A stretch of DNA of 64,000 bases. Source: Candidatus Bathyarchaeota archaeon. GTDB taxonomy: Archaea > Thermoproteota > Bathyarchaeia > Bathyarchaeales > Bathycorpusculaceae. Every line of letters begins with the position of its first letter. Position 1 is the stretch's first letter. Of the stretch, positions 31,024 through 41,590 are shown one piece after another. The stretch is from positions 160,001-224,000 of the forward strand of contig CAWEPZ010000002.1 of NCBI GenBank assembly GCA_963811105.1, read 5' to 3'. The notes under the pieces were generated by a model. It made no database searches. It was not told the DNA's origin and worked only from the letters and a program-made list of their open reading frames with translations. The translations under genes were made by a program, and so were the position numbers.

Positions 31024-31438
31024 AATCAAGAAAAGTTCTTCATCTTTATCCTTTTCGCTGAGCCGATGGTTCCGCAGAATCTCTTCAAATGCTCCTTCAA
31101 TAACCATAATTACAGTAGCCACAATTTCATATGTTATTTTCATTCTTGGTGGGGGTTTGTACACTCTTATTAATCGTCCTCTTCCATCTGCTTACGTTAA
31201 CAATAAATTCTATTTCCTTTACCCACAACTCAGTAATCAATTCATTTCAGACACTGTAATTGCAATCATTTTGTACGCTCTAGGCTTCGCCGGTCTGCTA
31301 ATTATTTACCAAAGTACAAAAAGTGCTTATAATCCAAGACAAGCTTATATGATGCTGGTCATTGGTGTAACATTCATGCTGCTATCATACATATTCTTGG
31401 AAGGCGCGATATCCTTCAAATCAACTGGTGGGCAGTAA
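31013..31438 (+). CDS. OST3/OST6 (DC2/OSTC)-like membrane protein
   Basis: Three TMs; GGGLYTLINRP...FLYPQLSNQFISDTVIAIILYALGFAGLLII resembles the OST3/OST6 C-terminal signature. Confidence 0.6.
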   Translation: MSNKIKKSSSSLSFSLSRWFRRISSNAPSITIITVATISYVIFILGGGLYTLINRPLPSAYVNNKFYFLYPQLSNQFISDTVIAIILYALGFAGLLIIYQSTKSAYNPRQAYMMLVIGVTFMLLSYIFLEGAISFKSTGGQ

Positions 31439-31805
31439 ACCCGCCTTTTTCCTTTTTCAAATTCATGCCACCGAGGTTTCAGTCTCTGTCTCTAAATGCT
31501 TTTTGATAGAACTTTAGGTTGTAAACAACATCAGTTATGAACTTTCCAATACTTTTGGTTTATGAAATGTTGCCTTCTGTCTGAATCGTCCACTTGAAAC
31601 CTAACATTAGAGTTAGCTCAACTTGAACTGTATTTTTCCAGACCCTTTGTTTACGCTTTGAGGGTACATTAAAGTAATTTTGGTAGACAACCTGCAAACA
31701 CTTCAAACCCGATTTTGTAAAATCTTAGGGTAATAAAAGTTAAATAGGAACGACAAAACTTTTTAGCTGTAAAAGTTTAGGAAAAAACTAAAATTTGCTT
31801 AAGGA

Positions 31806-32558
31806 ATGCCTTTGAAACCGTTTGATGTGTGGATGTGTACCCATAATAGCGAAGAATTGTTACCTGTAGTTCTACCTCAGATTAGTCGAGTTATCCCAAT
31901 CATAAACAGAAAGTTCATCGTTGATGATTTTTCTACCGATAACACAAAAACAGTTGCGAAAAGTTTAGGCTGGCAAGTTTTTGGCAATATGAAGAGAGGA
32001 CTAGGTAATGCGAGACGTTATGCTTTCTCTTTAGTTGAAACTGAATATTGTGCAAGTTTTGAACATGACTTGTTCCTTGCCAATAATTGGTATCCTACTA
32101 TTCCAAACATAGTCCAGCAGTCTGACAAATATGATGTTGCTCAAGGTATAAGAATTAGGGATATTGGAGGTTTTCGAGAAGCTGACCTTTATGACTACAG
32201 GCATCGATTTGTCACAAGTGAGGATAATACGTTTTACAAGATGAGTGCAAAAGCATGGGAGCAAGCTTCCCAAAACAATAAAAGGTACTGGGTTGAAAAG
32301 AATGTTTGTTCTCGCCATCTTCGCGGCAGTGTATCAAAAAGTCTACGGCATGACTACTACATTTATCGCGAAGTAAATACTGCCAGCATTTTTTCTCTTT
32401 TAAAATCCTTGGCTAAATCGCCCTTTCTTTCCATAAGGATATTCAGAGAAACCAAAGGCGGGATAGTTCTATTTGCCTATCCCATGGAACGCTTACTAAT
32501 ACTTAATGGAGGATTAATACATAAGATGAAAAGAGGAAACTTACAGTCGAAAAGTTGA
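31806..32558 (+). CDS. Glycosyltransferase family 2
   Basis: CTHNSE, VDDFSTDNT, GLGNAR and an EHD variant of DxD. Confidence 0.8.
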   Translation: MPLKPFDVWMCTHNSEELLPVVLPQISRVIPIINRKFIVDDFSTDNTKTVAKSLGWQVFGNMKRGLGNARRYAFSLVETEYCASFEHDLFLANNWYPTIPNIVQQSDKYDVAQGIRIRDIGGFREADLYDYRHRFVTSEDNTFYKMSAKAWEQASQNNKRYWVEKNVCSRHLRGSVSKSLRHDYYIYREVNTASIFSLLKSLAKSPFLSIRIFRETKGGIVLFAYPMERLLILNGGLIHKMKRGNLQSKS

Positions 32559-32735
32559 TGCCCGCACCAAAGCAAATCGATTTATTAGCACCTCAGTTTA
32601 CAACCTGAAAAGTTAAGGGAGCCTCAGAACCTTAACCAAGAAAACAACTTAGAACAGACTAAACAAAAAAATGGCAACACAACTGCTGTTGGTTTACCCC
32701 ACTGATAAACAGTGACAGAATTAGAGACAAAGGAG

Positions 32736-33245
32736 TTACCAGGGGTTTCTTTTTAAATTCATTTTATACGCTAAGAAATTGGTGAATAAATGAATAGGCG
32801 GCGTAATTAGTAGAACTGTTGCCGCCAACTCCCAACTTACAATAGCCAATGGAATCGCAAAAACAAGTGCTCCTACGACAAAATCAATTTGATCAACAAT
32901 TGGAAGCAAACCTCCGGGCGCAATGCCCATTCTTCTTTTGAAAAAAGCACCCGTTAAATCACCCAAAAGCGCCCCTAAAGGAGTTAATAATAAGAATAGA
33001 ATCGGGAAACCAAAAATAACAACATCAACTAATCCAACTAACATGCCTATTGCTAAGCCAAAAAGAAATCCTCTGAAAGTTTTGTTGTTTCCAAAAATGC
33101 GTCTTCCATCATAAAAATTCTTTCCGAAATCCATTTTGGTTCCTCCTCCAGCAAGCACCGGGGTCGCATTTGCGCAATAAGCCGGGAATATAAATTTCAA
33201 CGCTTGGATGACTAGAAGGGCAATGTCCATGCGATCAACCATCAT
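32736..33245 (-). CDS. carS: CDP-archaeol synthase
   Basis: PAYCANATPV, DGRRIFGNNKT.RG, GDLTGAFFKRR, DQIDF and KRNPW motifs. Confidence 0.92.
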   Translation of the reverse strand: MMVDRMDIALLVIQALKFIFPAYCANATPVLAGGGTKMDFGKNFYDGRRIFGNNKTFRGFLFGLAIGMLVGLVDVVIFGFPILFLLLTPLGALLGDLTGAFFKRRMGIAPGGLLPIVDQIDFVVGALVFAIPLAIVSWELAATVLLITPPIHLFTNFLAYKMNLKRNPW

Positions 33246-33937
33246 TCTTGGAATTCAGCGTCTAATATGCCCGCTTCCTGTATTTGTACATAACAGGTAA
33301 TTTCTTGAGTGTTTTCCCGTGATTTCTCAAGAACAGCTTTAATTCTTTGCGAACAATCTGTGGGTTTCAAAGCAATTATTGTGTCAGCCCAGAACTTCAG
33401 AACTCTTGTTGCCACAGGCCTAACACTTATGTTTGCGTCATCAAAAACGCTTCGGACCTGGCTTGTTATAAGAACAGGGATTTTCCGGATTTTTGCCGTT
33501 TGCGCCAAAATAGCCAATTGTCTGTTTAACTCGCGATTTACACTGAACGCCTTTCCATTTTTTTCAGCGACCTTAGCTCCATATAAAGACGTGAAAGTGT
33601 CAATTATTATTAAGCCGAAGTTTTTAGCAGTATAATCTTGAATGCGGTCAATAACCGCCATTTGCTCTCTAAAATCTTTAGGTTTAATCAAAATGATTTG
33701 TTCGGCGACCGAGTCAAATTTGTCTCTTGAAAGTTGAGAGAGCCTTTTAGCTGAAAAAGTGTTGTCGCAATCAACAAAAAATATCTTGTGTTTCTGCAAA
33801 GCACAGTTGACGGCGGTTTGAATGGTCAATGTTGTTTTTCCAGTTTCCGGTTCACCATAAATTAAAGCAACGCTTTCTGGCGAAATGCCTCCGTCAATGC
33901 TACTGTCGATACATTTGCAGCCTGTGCTGATTTTCAT
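33242..33937 (-). CDS. radB: DNA repair and recombination protein RadB
   Basis: ISTGC..ID...GG, Walker A GEPETGKT, IIIDT, TSQVR; no N-terminal RadA domain. Confidence 0.8.
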   Translation of the reverse strand: MKISTGCKCIDSSIDGGISPESVALIYGEPETGKTTLTIQTAVNCALQKHKIFFVDCDNTFSAKRLSQLSRDKFDSVAEQIILIKPKDFREQMAVIDRIQDYTAKNFGLIIIDTFTSLYGAKVAEKNGKAFSVNRELNRQLAILAQTAKIRKIPVLITSQVRSVFDDANISVRPVATRVLKFWADTIIALKPTDCSQRIKAVLEKSRENTQEITCYVQIQEAGILDAEFQE

Positions 33938-34015
33938 CGTTTTTCACGGCAATGTTATAAACTTGAAACTAGTAATCTGTTTTGCACTTAAACGTATACT
34001 ATTAAGGTTGATTTA

Positions 34016-34669
34016 GTGAGCGAAAAAGTTGCTGTGGCAACGGTGGAGGGAAAAGCGTACTATCTAATTGTTAACGATTTAAGAGAGCAAAATATCTCAT
34101 TTGTGAGTTTGGTGCCTGGAAAGCCTGTGCCTGCTGAATTGAAAGTTGTTATTACAACGGAGAAAGAAAAAGACAAAGTGAAACACAAAAAAATATTGAT
34201 TTTTCATGATGAGATGGAGCTTGATGATTTAGCTAACGAAGTGAAAAAGATTCTTCGTGGAAAAGAAGACTATGAAAAAATAGTTATTGGCGTTGACCCC
34301 GGGACAGCAACTGGGTTGGCGGTAATTGCTGACGGAAAAGTTATTGAAGAGGGTAATTGCTTTAGCATAAAAGAGGTAATTAACAACATTACTAAAACTT
34401 TAAGAAACGTTAATTTCACAGTGACAAACGTTTCAGTTAAAATCGGAAATGGTATTCCAATCTACAAAGAACTGCTCCAAGCGCTAGATGAAATTTTGCC
34501 GTATCATGTGTTACTTGAAGTGGTAAGTGAAGCAGGAACTAACAGACCTTTAAGAGAAAACAGGCGCAGCCGAAGAATTAGGCACATCTCTTCAGCCATA
34601 AGGATAGCTGGCAGAACAGGCAGTATCATACCTAGGAGCAATGGAATTGCAGCACACAGTCGAATCTGA
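34016..34669 (+). CDS. RNase H-fold (RuvC/YqgF-like) domain protein
   Basis: IVIGVDPG.ATGLAV, VKIGNG, VSEAGT and HISSAIRIA motifs. Confidence 0.65.
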   Translation: MSEKVAVATVEGKAYYLIVNDLREQNISFVSLVPGKPVPAELKVVITTEKEKDKVKHKKILIFHDEMELDDLANEVKKILRGKEDYEKIVIGVDPGTATGLAVIADGKVIEEGNCFSIKEVINNITKTLRNVNFTVTNVSVKIGNGIPIYKELLQALDEILPYHVLLEVVSEAGTNRPLRENRRSRRIRHISSAIRIAGRTGSIIPRSNGIAAHSRI

Positions 34670-35732
34670 CAAGACAATGTTAGTTGAGGGTCCCGCCTCT
34701 GCGATGGTCGTTTCTGGCAAGATAGAAGTATTCGGCTACCAGCCCAGAGCATCAGCAACAATCCTTGTTCGTGAGGGCAAACGGGTGCCTTTTTTTGCTG
34801 TAGAGAGAGCAGTTTTAGATGTTTCGTTGGGCGCTAACGCTAGCATTCAAGAAGTTGCTGGCAATACAATTCCATCGTCTTGGAATAAGACTGTTGAAGC
34901 AGTTTTAGGCTTGCCGAAGAAGCCAGTGACTGTTTTGATTTTAGGCCAAATAGATTCTGGAAAAAGTAGCTTCTGCACTTACCTATTGAACAAACTCTTT
35001 AAGGTAAAATGCCGTGTCGCAGTTTTAGATGGTGATTTAGGTCAATCGGACATAGGCCCATCAGGCACAGTGGGCTATGGCTTAATCTCCAAGCCAGTGG
35101 CGCAGTTGTCAAATCTGAAGTTGCAGAACGCCTTTTTTGTAGGTGTTACTTCGCCTAACGTAGCGATAGCTGAAATCATTGAAGGCTTAGCTGCCTTGAA
35201 AACTGAGGTACTGCAGACGTCTGTTGATTTTGTGGTGATTAATACTGATGGTTGGGTTACTGGCGATTTAGCCATAAGATACAAAACGGCATTAATTCAG
35301 AAGCTTAAGCCTGATGTCATAGTTGGCGTTCAAGTTAAGGATGAACTTGAGAAGTTGATTGCAAACTTAGATATTCCAGTTATTACAGTTGAACCTTCTC
35401 CTTTTCTTAGCCCACGGACCGCTGAAAACCGCAAAAGACTGCGCGAAATGACTTACTCAAGATATCTAAAAGGCGCAAAACTGGAATGTTATCCCCTAAG
35501 CCAAGTCACAGTTGAGCCAAGAAATGCTATTCCGAAGACTCAACTGCCAGAAAAAGGATTACTCGTAGGATTATATGGTAAAACAAATATTTTTTTAGGA
35601 ATTGGTGTTTTGAGAAAAATTAATCCGTTAAGAAAAATATTAAAGATTCAAACGGCAGTTTCAGCTAAGCCATTAAGAATTGTTGTCGGAAAAGTTTTCT
35701 TAGATCGAAAGCTACGAGAAATTCAGGATTGA
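34641..35732 (+). CDS. Clp1/Nol9-family polynucleotide 5'-kinase
   Basis: GQIDSGKSS, DGDLGQSDIGP, INTDGW and R...R...R lid. Confidence 0.9.
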   Translation: MELQHTVESDKTMLVEGPASAMVVSGKIEVFGYQPRASATILVREGKRVPFFAVERAVLDVSLGANASIQEVAGNTIPSSWNKTVEAVLGLPKKPVTVLILGQIDSGKSSFCTYLLNKLFKVKCRVAVLDGDLGQSDIGPSGTVGYGLISKPVAQLSNLKLQNAFFVGVTSPNVAIAEIIEGLAALKTEVLQTSVDFVVINTDGWVTGDLAIRYKTALIQKLKPDVIVGVQVKDELEKLIANLDIPVITVEPSPFLSPRTAENRKRLREMTYSRYLKGAKLECYPLSQVTVEPRNAIPKTQLPEKGLLVGLYGKTNIFLGIGVLRKINPLRKILKIQTAVSAKPLRIVVGKVFLDRKLREIQD

Positions 35733-37657
35733 ATTTTAAAGAAATTGCTTATTTCTGCAGCTAAAACATTTCTTTCATTAGGCAGAGTTTTCATGCCTTT
35801 ATTTATCCATGACGGCAGAAAGCTTCGACAATAATTTGTTGAGAAGCGGTAGTCTAAGAAAACTATAGCTCCACGATCCTCCAAAGTTCTTATGGGTCTG
35901 CCCGCAGCTTGTGAAGCTTTCTTCATTGCTGGTAAAACATAACCATATTCCCGTCCAAACCCTGGAAAACGTTTTTCGTAATATTCAATTTGTGCTTTCA
36001 CTCTGGGCGTCGGCTCCGCATAAGGAATACCAACAACTACAACGGAGTTCATTTGGTTGCCTGGAAAATCCACACCCTCCGAAGTTCTTCCTCCTTGAAC
36101 ACCTATGAACACGGCGCCACTTCGGCCTCCGCATGCTTTGAAATCCTGCACCATTTTCTCATTAGCCTTAGATGACATCCCTTTTCGTTCATAAAACAGC
36201 GGTTTCTCCAAGGCATTTTCTAAGCCTTCAGCTAAAAGCGAATTTAATACTCCATATGAGGCTGCGAAAACTCCAGTATTAGTGGGCGTATTAGCAGCAA
36301 CCTCGTTTATTCGTTCGATCATTATTTGGTACATTGATGGGGTTCTTTTCTCCATGGCGGTGGTGACGCCTAAGCAAACAGCTGAGAACACGTGTTCCTT
36401 TGGAAAAGGTGATGGTACAATGCATTGGACTGTGTTTTGCGGAAGCTTTGTTATCCTTGAGAACGCTTCAAGAGGTTGAAGAGTACCCGACATTATGACA
36501 TTGGCATACGTTGATGAGAAAACGGGCTCGGTGATTTTCGAAGGGTCAAGCGCAACAATTTCAAGCTTTGCTGTTTTGTTTTTGTCTTTGTTTAGGTAGC
36601 GACTTGCCACATTAATGTACGAGTCATTACCCACTGTTTCAAGCCATTTAAGCATAAACTCGCTCATCGCGTGAAGATAAGAACGGGGATTTTTTCCTTC
36701 TGCCAACAGAGTTTTCTTAATTGCCCCTCCAGCTTCATGCATTCGCTCAAAAAAATCCTGAGGGTTTTTCATGTTGCCTTGCTTTTGAATAATTTCAAGA
36801 ATTCTATCAGGGGAAATTATTTCTTCTCTATCTACATGGTCGGTTAATTTTTCCACTTCAATCCTGAAGAACTTTGCAAAAGCTTCAACATCTTTGTTGC
36901 CAAATCTATTTGCTTCCATCTCCGCCTGCTTCATAACAAAAAGTGACAGTGTGCAGCTTGAAATGTCAATTGCCGTTTCAGGCAAATTGTGAGCTTCATC
37001 GACAATCAAAATTATTTTTTGAGGCTCAGTTTCCAAGTTTTTTAAAAAAGCATTACGAATTGCAGGGTCAAAAACATAGAGGTAGCTTAGGGCAATCACT
37101 TTAGCCTCTGATAATGCTGATTTGACTAGTTCATATGGGCAGATTTCCTTTTTCTTGCAAATGCCCATTAGTTCTGAAGCCATGTATGGGCGAGCTGCAA
37201 CTTGCTGTTGAAGTTGAATGTAATCGTAAGTTCGATCATCCACATTAATGTAATAGGGGCAGCGGCTTTTTGCTTTCAGTAGCTCGCAAACTTCCATTAG
37301 CGATTTGGAGTCAAAAGAGCCTCGGGCGGCGAAAACGTTAAGGCACATTTCACCTCGCCCACGAATAGAAACGCCTGTCACATGGTGCCTTTTGTAAATT
37401 GCCCTCAGTTCTTCTATTACGCGATCATGTTGGCGGTGGGTGCGTGCAACATAAAGTATTTTCAGTTTTTTCTCTATCGCCACTGGTAAACAAGCAGATA
37501 GAGCTGAGATGGTTTTTCCTAATCCGTTGCTGCCTTCAATCAAGACCGAGCGTCTTTCGTGGACTGCGTTGTAGACTGTTTTGACGAAGTCATCTTGATG
37601 TGGTCGCACGTTAGAGTATGGGAAATACTCTGTAACTTCTTGGGGTACCTTAATCAT
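35723..37657 (-). CDS. xpd: XPD/Rad3-like Fe-S DNA helicase
   Basis: Q motif RPHQ, GSNGLGKT, four Fe-S Cys, DEAH, SGTL, SEGVDF and QAAGRPIR. Confidence 0.9.
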   Translation of the reverse strand: MIKVPQEVTEYFPYSNVRPHQDDFVKTVYNAVHERRSVLIEGSNGLGKTISALSACLPVAIEKKLKILYVARTHRQHDRVIEELRAIYKRHHVTGVSIRGRGEMCLNVFAARGSFDSKSLMEVCELLKAKSRCPYYINVDDRTYDYIQLQQQVAARPYMASELMGICKKKEICPYELVKSALSEAKVIALSYLYVFDPAIRNAFLKNLETEPQKIILIVDEAHNLPETAIDISSCTLSLFVMKQAEMEANRFGNKDVEAFAKFFRIEVEKLTDHVDREEIISPDRILEIIQKQGNMKNPQDFFERMHEAGGAIKKTLLAEGKNPRSYLHAMSEFMLKWLETVGNDSYINVASRYLNKDKNKTAKLEIVALDPSKITEPVFSSTYANVIMSGTLQPLEAFSRITKLPQNTVQCIVPSPFPKEHVFSAVCLGVTTAMEKRTPSMYQIMIERINEVAANTPTNTGVFAASYGVLNSLLAEGLENALEKPLFYERKGMSSKANEKMVQDFKACGGRSGAVFIGVQGGRTSEGVDFPGNQMNSVVVVGIPYAEPTPRVKAQIEYYEKRFPGFGREYGYVLPAMKKASQAAGRPIRTLEDRGAIVFLDYRFSTNYCRSFLPSWINKGMKTLPNERNVLAAEISNFFKIQS

Positions 37658-38336
37658 TTTTATCCCCTGAACCGTTTGAAGGACAATATTTGTTCACTGG
37701 GCATTGGTGGCAAATTGGTTTTCTTGCTTTGCAGTATTTTCTGCCATGAGCAATCAATAGAAGATGAAGAGCTAAGTAATCTTTCGGCTCAAAAAGTGAC
37801 TGAAGACTCAAACGTACAGTCTCGTAGTTGCTGTTTGCAGGCGCCAAACCAAGACGTTTAGCTACACGATTTACATGTGTATCAACAGGAACGGTAGGCT
37901 TGTTTGCAGAGAAAAGTAAGACGACATCAGCTGTTTTCGGTCCAACCCCCGGTAGCTCAAGCAGTATTTTTCTTGCTTCATCCAAAGGCAAAGACAAAAT
38001 TGGCTTCAGTGAGCCGTCAAATTTTTCAAAAACTATTCTTGAAACTGATTGTATTGTTTTGGCTTTGCTTCTGTAAAGACCGCCAATGTGGAGGCATGCT
38101 TCGAGGGCACATGTTTCCGCTGAAGCCAGTGCTTGAGGGGTTATTTCGAAGTGTTTCGAGAGGTTTTGGAAGGCTCGCTCAGTGTTGGTGTCAGCAGTGT
38201 TCTGTGACATAATAGTAACAATTAACGTTTCGAAGGGGTCGGTTTGCGGCTTCACCAAGCTGGGCACGTTTATGTTTTTGCGTAATGTTTCCAAGATTAT
38301 TGCCCCATACTGGTTAGCCATCATCTTTGCCTTCAA
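37650..38336 (-). CDS. nth: Endonuclease III
   Basis: SQNTAD, HhH LPGVGPKTA, VDTHV and C..RKP.C..CP....C cluster. Confidence 0.93.
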   Translation of the reverse strand: MKAKMMANQYGAIILETLRKNINVPSLVKPQTDPFETLIVTIMSQNTADTNTERAFQNLSKHFEITPQALASAETCALEACLHIGGLYRSKAKTIQSVSRIVFEKFDGSLKPILSLPLDEARKILLELPGVGPKTADVVLLFSANKPTVPVDTHVNRVAKRLGLAPANSNYETVRLSLQSLFEPKDYLALHLLLIAHGRKYCKARKPICHQCPVNKYCPSNGSGDKND

Positions 38337-38690
38337 ACTCTCGAAAATATAGCCGAACTATTGATTATTCATGCTATAAATACCATCGGTAATAAAATGC
38401 TTAAACCTTGAAACGGATAGAGCGATTAAGAAAGCTTTTCAACTAATCATTCTTTCGCTAAATTTTAGTAATTTTTGAAACGAAAGTAGTATTGTTGTCG
38501 GAGCAAAAGCAAGCGAATAAGAGTATATCGATTAATGTCCGTATCTTAGTTTTTTGTTCTTTTCACATTTAGAATTAACATTTAACTCTTGGAGCGTTTG
38601 AAAGCAGGATTTGCTTTTATAGGAAAGGTTTTTAGTATAGTTATTATATGAATCTGTGAAACTGTGAATAGGATAAAGTGAGGTTAAGTT

Positions 38691-39419
38691 ATGTCAGTGT
38701 TTGCAGCACCAGGAGCATATGACCGTGCTATAACCGTTTTCTCGCCTGACGGTCGACTCTTCCAAGTAGAATACGCGATGGAGTTAGTAAACCGTGGAGC
38801 TACGATTATAGGTATTCAATGTCCCGAAGGTTTAGTGCTTGGTTCCGAAGAAAATATTGAAGTCCTTGAAGAAGCAGGTTTCTCATGGAAAATCTTCAGG
38901 GTAGACGATCACATTGGCGCAGCCATTGTTGGTTTAAGTTCAGACGCCAGAATACTAATTGATCAAGCTCGGATATACGCTCAAAGTAATAAATTAACTT
39001 ATGATGAACCCATAGATGTAGAAGTCGTAACCAAACGTATATGTGATATCCAGCAAATGTACACGCAGCATGCAGGTGTAAGACCCTTCGGAGTTTCCAT
39101 AATTTTCGGGGGAGTAGATAAAACCGGCACCAGAGTGTTCGGCACACATCCAAGCGGAACATACAGAGGATACAAAGCCACAGCTTTAGGAGCAGGTAGA
39201 GAAACAGTCCTTGCAGTTCTAAAAGATGAATACAAAGAAGACTTGACGTTGGACAAAAGCATCAAACTCACTGTGAAATGCTTAGTGAAAGCCTTGGAAG
39301 CAAGACAGTTACCGCCGAGAATAAAAATCGCAGTCATACCTGTAACCACCAAGAAGATGGAAATGTTGAGCGACGAATCTGTGGAAGGCTACGTTCAAGA
39401 GATGGGCTCAAGCAAGTGA
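38691..39419 (+). CDS. psmA: Proteasome alpha subunit
   Basis: [20 protein letters not shown] and GVRPFGVS motifs. Confidence 0.97.
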   Translation: MSVFAAPGAYDRAITVFSPDGRLFQVEYAMELVNRGATIIGIQCPEGLVLGSEENIEVLEEAGFSWKIFRVDDHIGAAIVGLSSDARILIDQARIYAQSNKLTYDEPIDVEVVTKRICDIQQMYTQHAGVRPFGVSIIFGGVDKTGTRVFGTHPSGTYRGYKATALGAGRETVLAVLKDEYKEDLTLDKSIKLTVKCLVKALEARQLPPRIKIAVIPVTTKKMEMLSDESVEGYVQEMGSSK

Positions 39420-39426
39420 AAACCTA

Positions 39427-40116
39427 ATGAGTGAAAAGTTTACTGTTGCACGACTAACAAAAGATAACGAGCATTTTGAAATCTTAGTCAAACCGCAAAA
39501 AGCACTTGAATACCGCAACGGCAAAATCCCAGGAATAACCGAAGTTTTAGCTGCTGAACTTATATTTTCTGACGCAAACAAAGGCACCAAAGTTTCCGAA
39601 GAAGCAATGCGCAAAGCCTTCGGAACGATCGATCCCTTAAAAGTTGCTGACATAATACTTCATAAAGGGACGCTTCAACTAACAACTGAACAAAGACGAA
39701 AAATGGTTGAAGACAAAAGAAAGCAAATAATTGATTTTATTGCACGGCAAGCAGTTGATCCAAAAACAAATCTGCCGCATCCTCCAATGCGGATAGAGAA
39801 TGCGATGGAACAAATTCGTTACCCAATAGACCCATACAAACCCGTGGAAGAACAAGCTAAAGATATAGTGAAACTCTTAAGGCCAATTTTGCCTCTAAAG
39901 ATAGAGCAAGTGGTAGTTGCTGTAAAAATTCCTGCCCAACACTCAGCGAGAGCTTATGGGTCAATCAAGACTTTGGGAACTATAAAACGGGAAGAATGGC
40001 GTGGAGATGGTTCATGGTACGGCGAAATAGAATTGCCTGCAGGATCATACGCCTCGTTGCTAAACAAACTTGGCGACGTAACTAAGGGAAGTGGAGAAGC
40101 AAAAATAATCTCATAG
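39427..40116 (+). CDS. Ribosome maturation factor SBDS/Sdo1
   Basis: [14 protein letters not shown] and [11 protein letters not shown] motifs. Confidence 0.95.
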   Translation: MSEKFTVARLTKDNEHFEILVKPQKALEYRNGKIPGITEVLAAELIFSDANKGTKVSEEAMRKAFGTIDPLKVADIILHKGTLQLTTEQRRKMVEDKRKQIIDFIARQAVDPKTNLPHPPMRIENAMEQIRYPIDPYKPVEEQAKDIVKLLRPILPLKIEQVVVAVKIPAQHSARAYGSIKTLGTIKREEWRGDGSWYGEIELPAGSYASLLNKLGDVTKGSGEAKIIS

Positions 40117-40128
40117 AAATAAAATTGG

Positions 40129-40860
40129 ATGGTGAAAAAATTAATGCCAGTGTTCTTTGAAAAAAAACAGCTTGTTACACCAGGAGAATTGCTTGCTGAA
40201 GGCGATTACTTACCTGGCGAAAACACATACGTTGAGCAAAACAAAATTTACTCTTCAAGAATTGGTCTCGTAGATACTGATGTTAAAAAAGTGAATGTGG
40301 TTGCACTTCGGGCTTTTTATGTGCCGAAAATGGGTGATATTGTCATAGGAACCGTTTTGGAAGTTGGATTTAACGGTTGGACAGTTGATATTAAATCACC
40401 CTACTCAGCGCTCTTACGTGCATCGGATGTTTTAAGCAGACCTTTCAAACCCCAAAACGACGAGTTATCAGCGGTTCTAAATGCAGGTGACTTAATTGTT
40501 GCAAAAATCGCATCTTACGACAGAGCTCACGACCCACAACTTACCGTTGGTGAGCCAGGGTTAGGAAAAATAACTCGCGGCCAAATTCTTCAAGTAACGC
40601 CAACAAAGATTCCTCGCGTAATCGGCAGAAAAGGCTCAATGATATCTATGATAAAACAAGAAACAAACTGCCAAATAATTTTGGGACTAAACGGCGTCGT
40701 CTTGGTCACAGGTAAATCCCTTGAAGATGAGGAACTTGCAATAACAGCAATTAAAAAAATTGAAGAGGAATCCCACACAAGTGGCTTAACAGACCGCATA
40801 ACACAGTTACTCAAAGAAAGCAAAGTTAATGTTAAAGTGGAGGAAAACAAGAATGAATGA
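40129..40860 (+). CDS. rrp4: Exosome RNA-binding subunit Rrp4
   Basis: [16 protein letters not shown] and KH motif [11 protein letters not shown]. Confidence 0.95.
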   Translation: MVKKLMPVFFEKKQLVTPGELLAEGDYLPGENTYVEQNKIYSSRIGLVDTDVKKVNVVALRAFYVPKMGDIVIGTVLEVGFNGWTVDIKSPYSALLRASDVLSRPFKPQNDELSAVLNAGDLIVAKIASYDRAHDPQLTVGEPGLGKITRGQILQVTPTKIPRVIGRKGSMISMIKQETNCQIILGLNGVVLVTGKSLEDEELAITAIKKIEEESHTSGLTDRITQLLKESKVNVKVEENKNE

Positions 40861-41590
40861 AAAACCTGAAAAATTAATCGATAAAAAAGGCATTAGATTA
40901 GATGGTAGAAAAGCAGATGAACTTCGACCCCTAAAACTTCAAGTCGGTGTCTTAGGAAACGCTGATGGATCTGCTTATGTTGAACATGGGAAAAATAAAA
41001 TTCTCGCAGCGGCATTCGGTCCAAGAGAAATGCATCCAAAACATTTGTCTCAACCAGACAAAATGGTTCTACGATGCCGTTATCACATGGCTCCCTTTTC
41101 AGTTCAGGAACGAAAATCTCCTGCACCTTCCAGAAGAGAAGTCGAGCTCTCTAAGGTGATACGAGAATCATTAGAACCAGCTTTGTTCCTGGAGCTTTAT
41201 CCTCGAACAGGCGTTGACGTTTACATCGAAGTATTGCAAGCTGATGGTGGAACGAGATGTGCAAGCATCACCGCTGCTGCTTTAGCTATTGCTGACGCTG
41301 GCGTTCCTATGCGTGACTTAGTAGTTGGTTGTGCAGCAGGAAAAATTGATGACACAGTCGTTTTAGATTTATACGATGCTGAAGACAAACTTGGCGCTGC
41401 AGACGTTCCAGTAGCTTATATGCCTAATTTGAACGCGGTTACTCTGCTTCAGATGGATGGCCTGCTTTCAACCGAAGAATTTGAAAAAGCGATGAACATG
41501 GCAATAGATGGATGCAAGAAAATTTACGAAATGCAGAAGGAAGCATTAAAAACGAAATACATGGTTGTTAAAGAGGTAGGTGAAGAATAA
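40853..41590 (+). CDS. rrp41: Exosome catalytic subunit Rrp41
   Basis: RLDGR..DELRP, GPRE, RREVELS and ADGGTR motifs. Confidence 0.96.
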   Translation: MNEKPEKLIDKKGIRLDGRKADELRPLKLQVGVLGNADGSAYVEHGKNKILAAAFGPREMHPKHLSQPDKMVLRCRYHMAPFSVQERKSPAPSRREVELSKVIRESLEPALFLELYPRTGVDVYIEVLQADGGTRCASITAAALAIADAGVPMRDLVVGCAAGKIDDTVVLDLYDAEDKLGAADVPVAYMPNLNAVTLLQMDGLLSTEEFEKAMNMAIDGCKKIYEMQKEALKTKYMVVKEVGEE

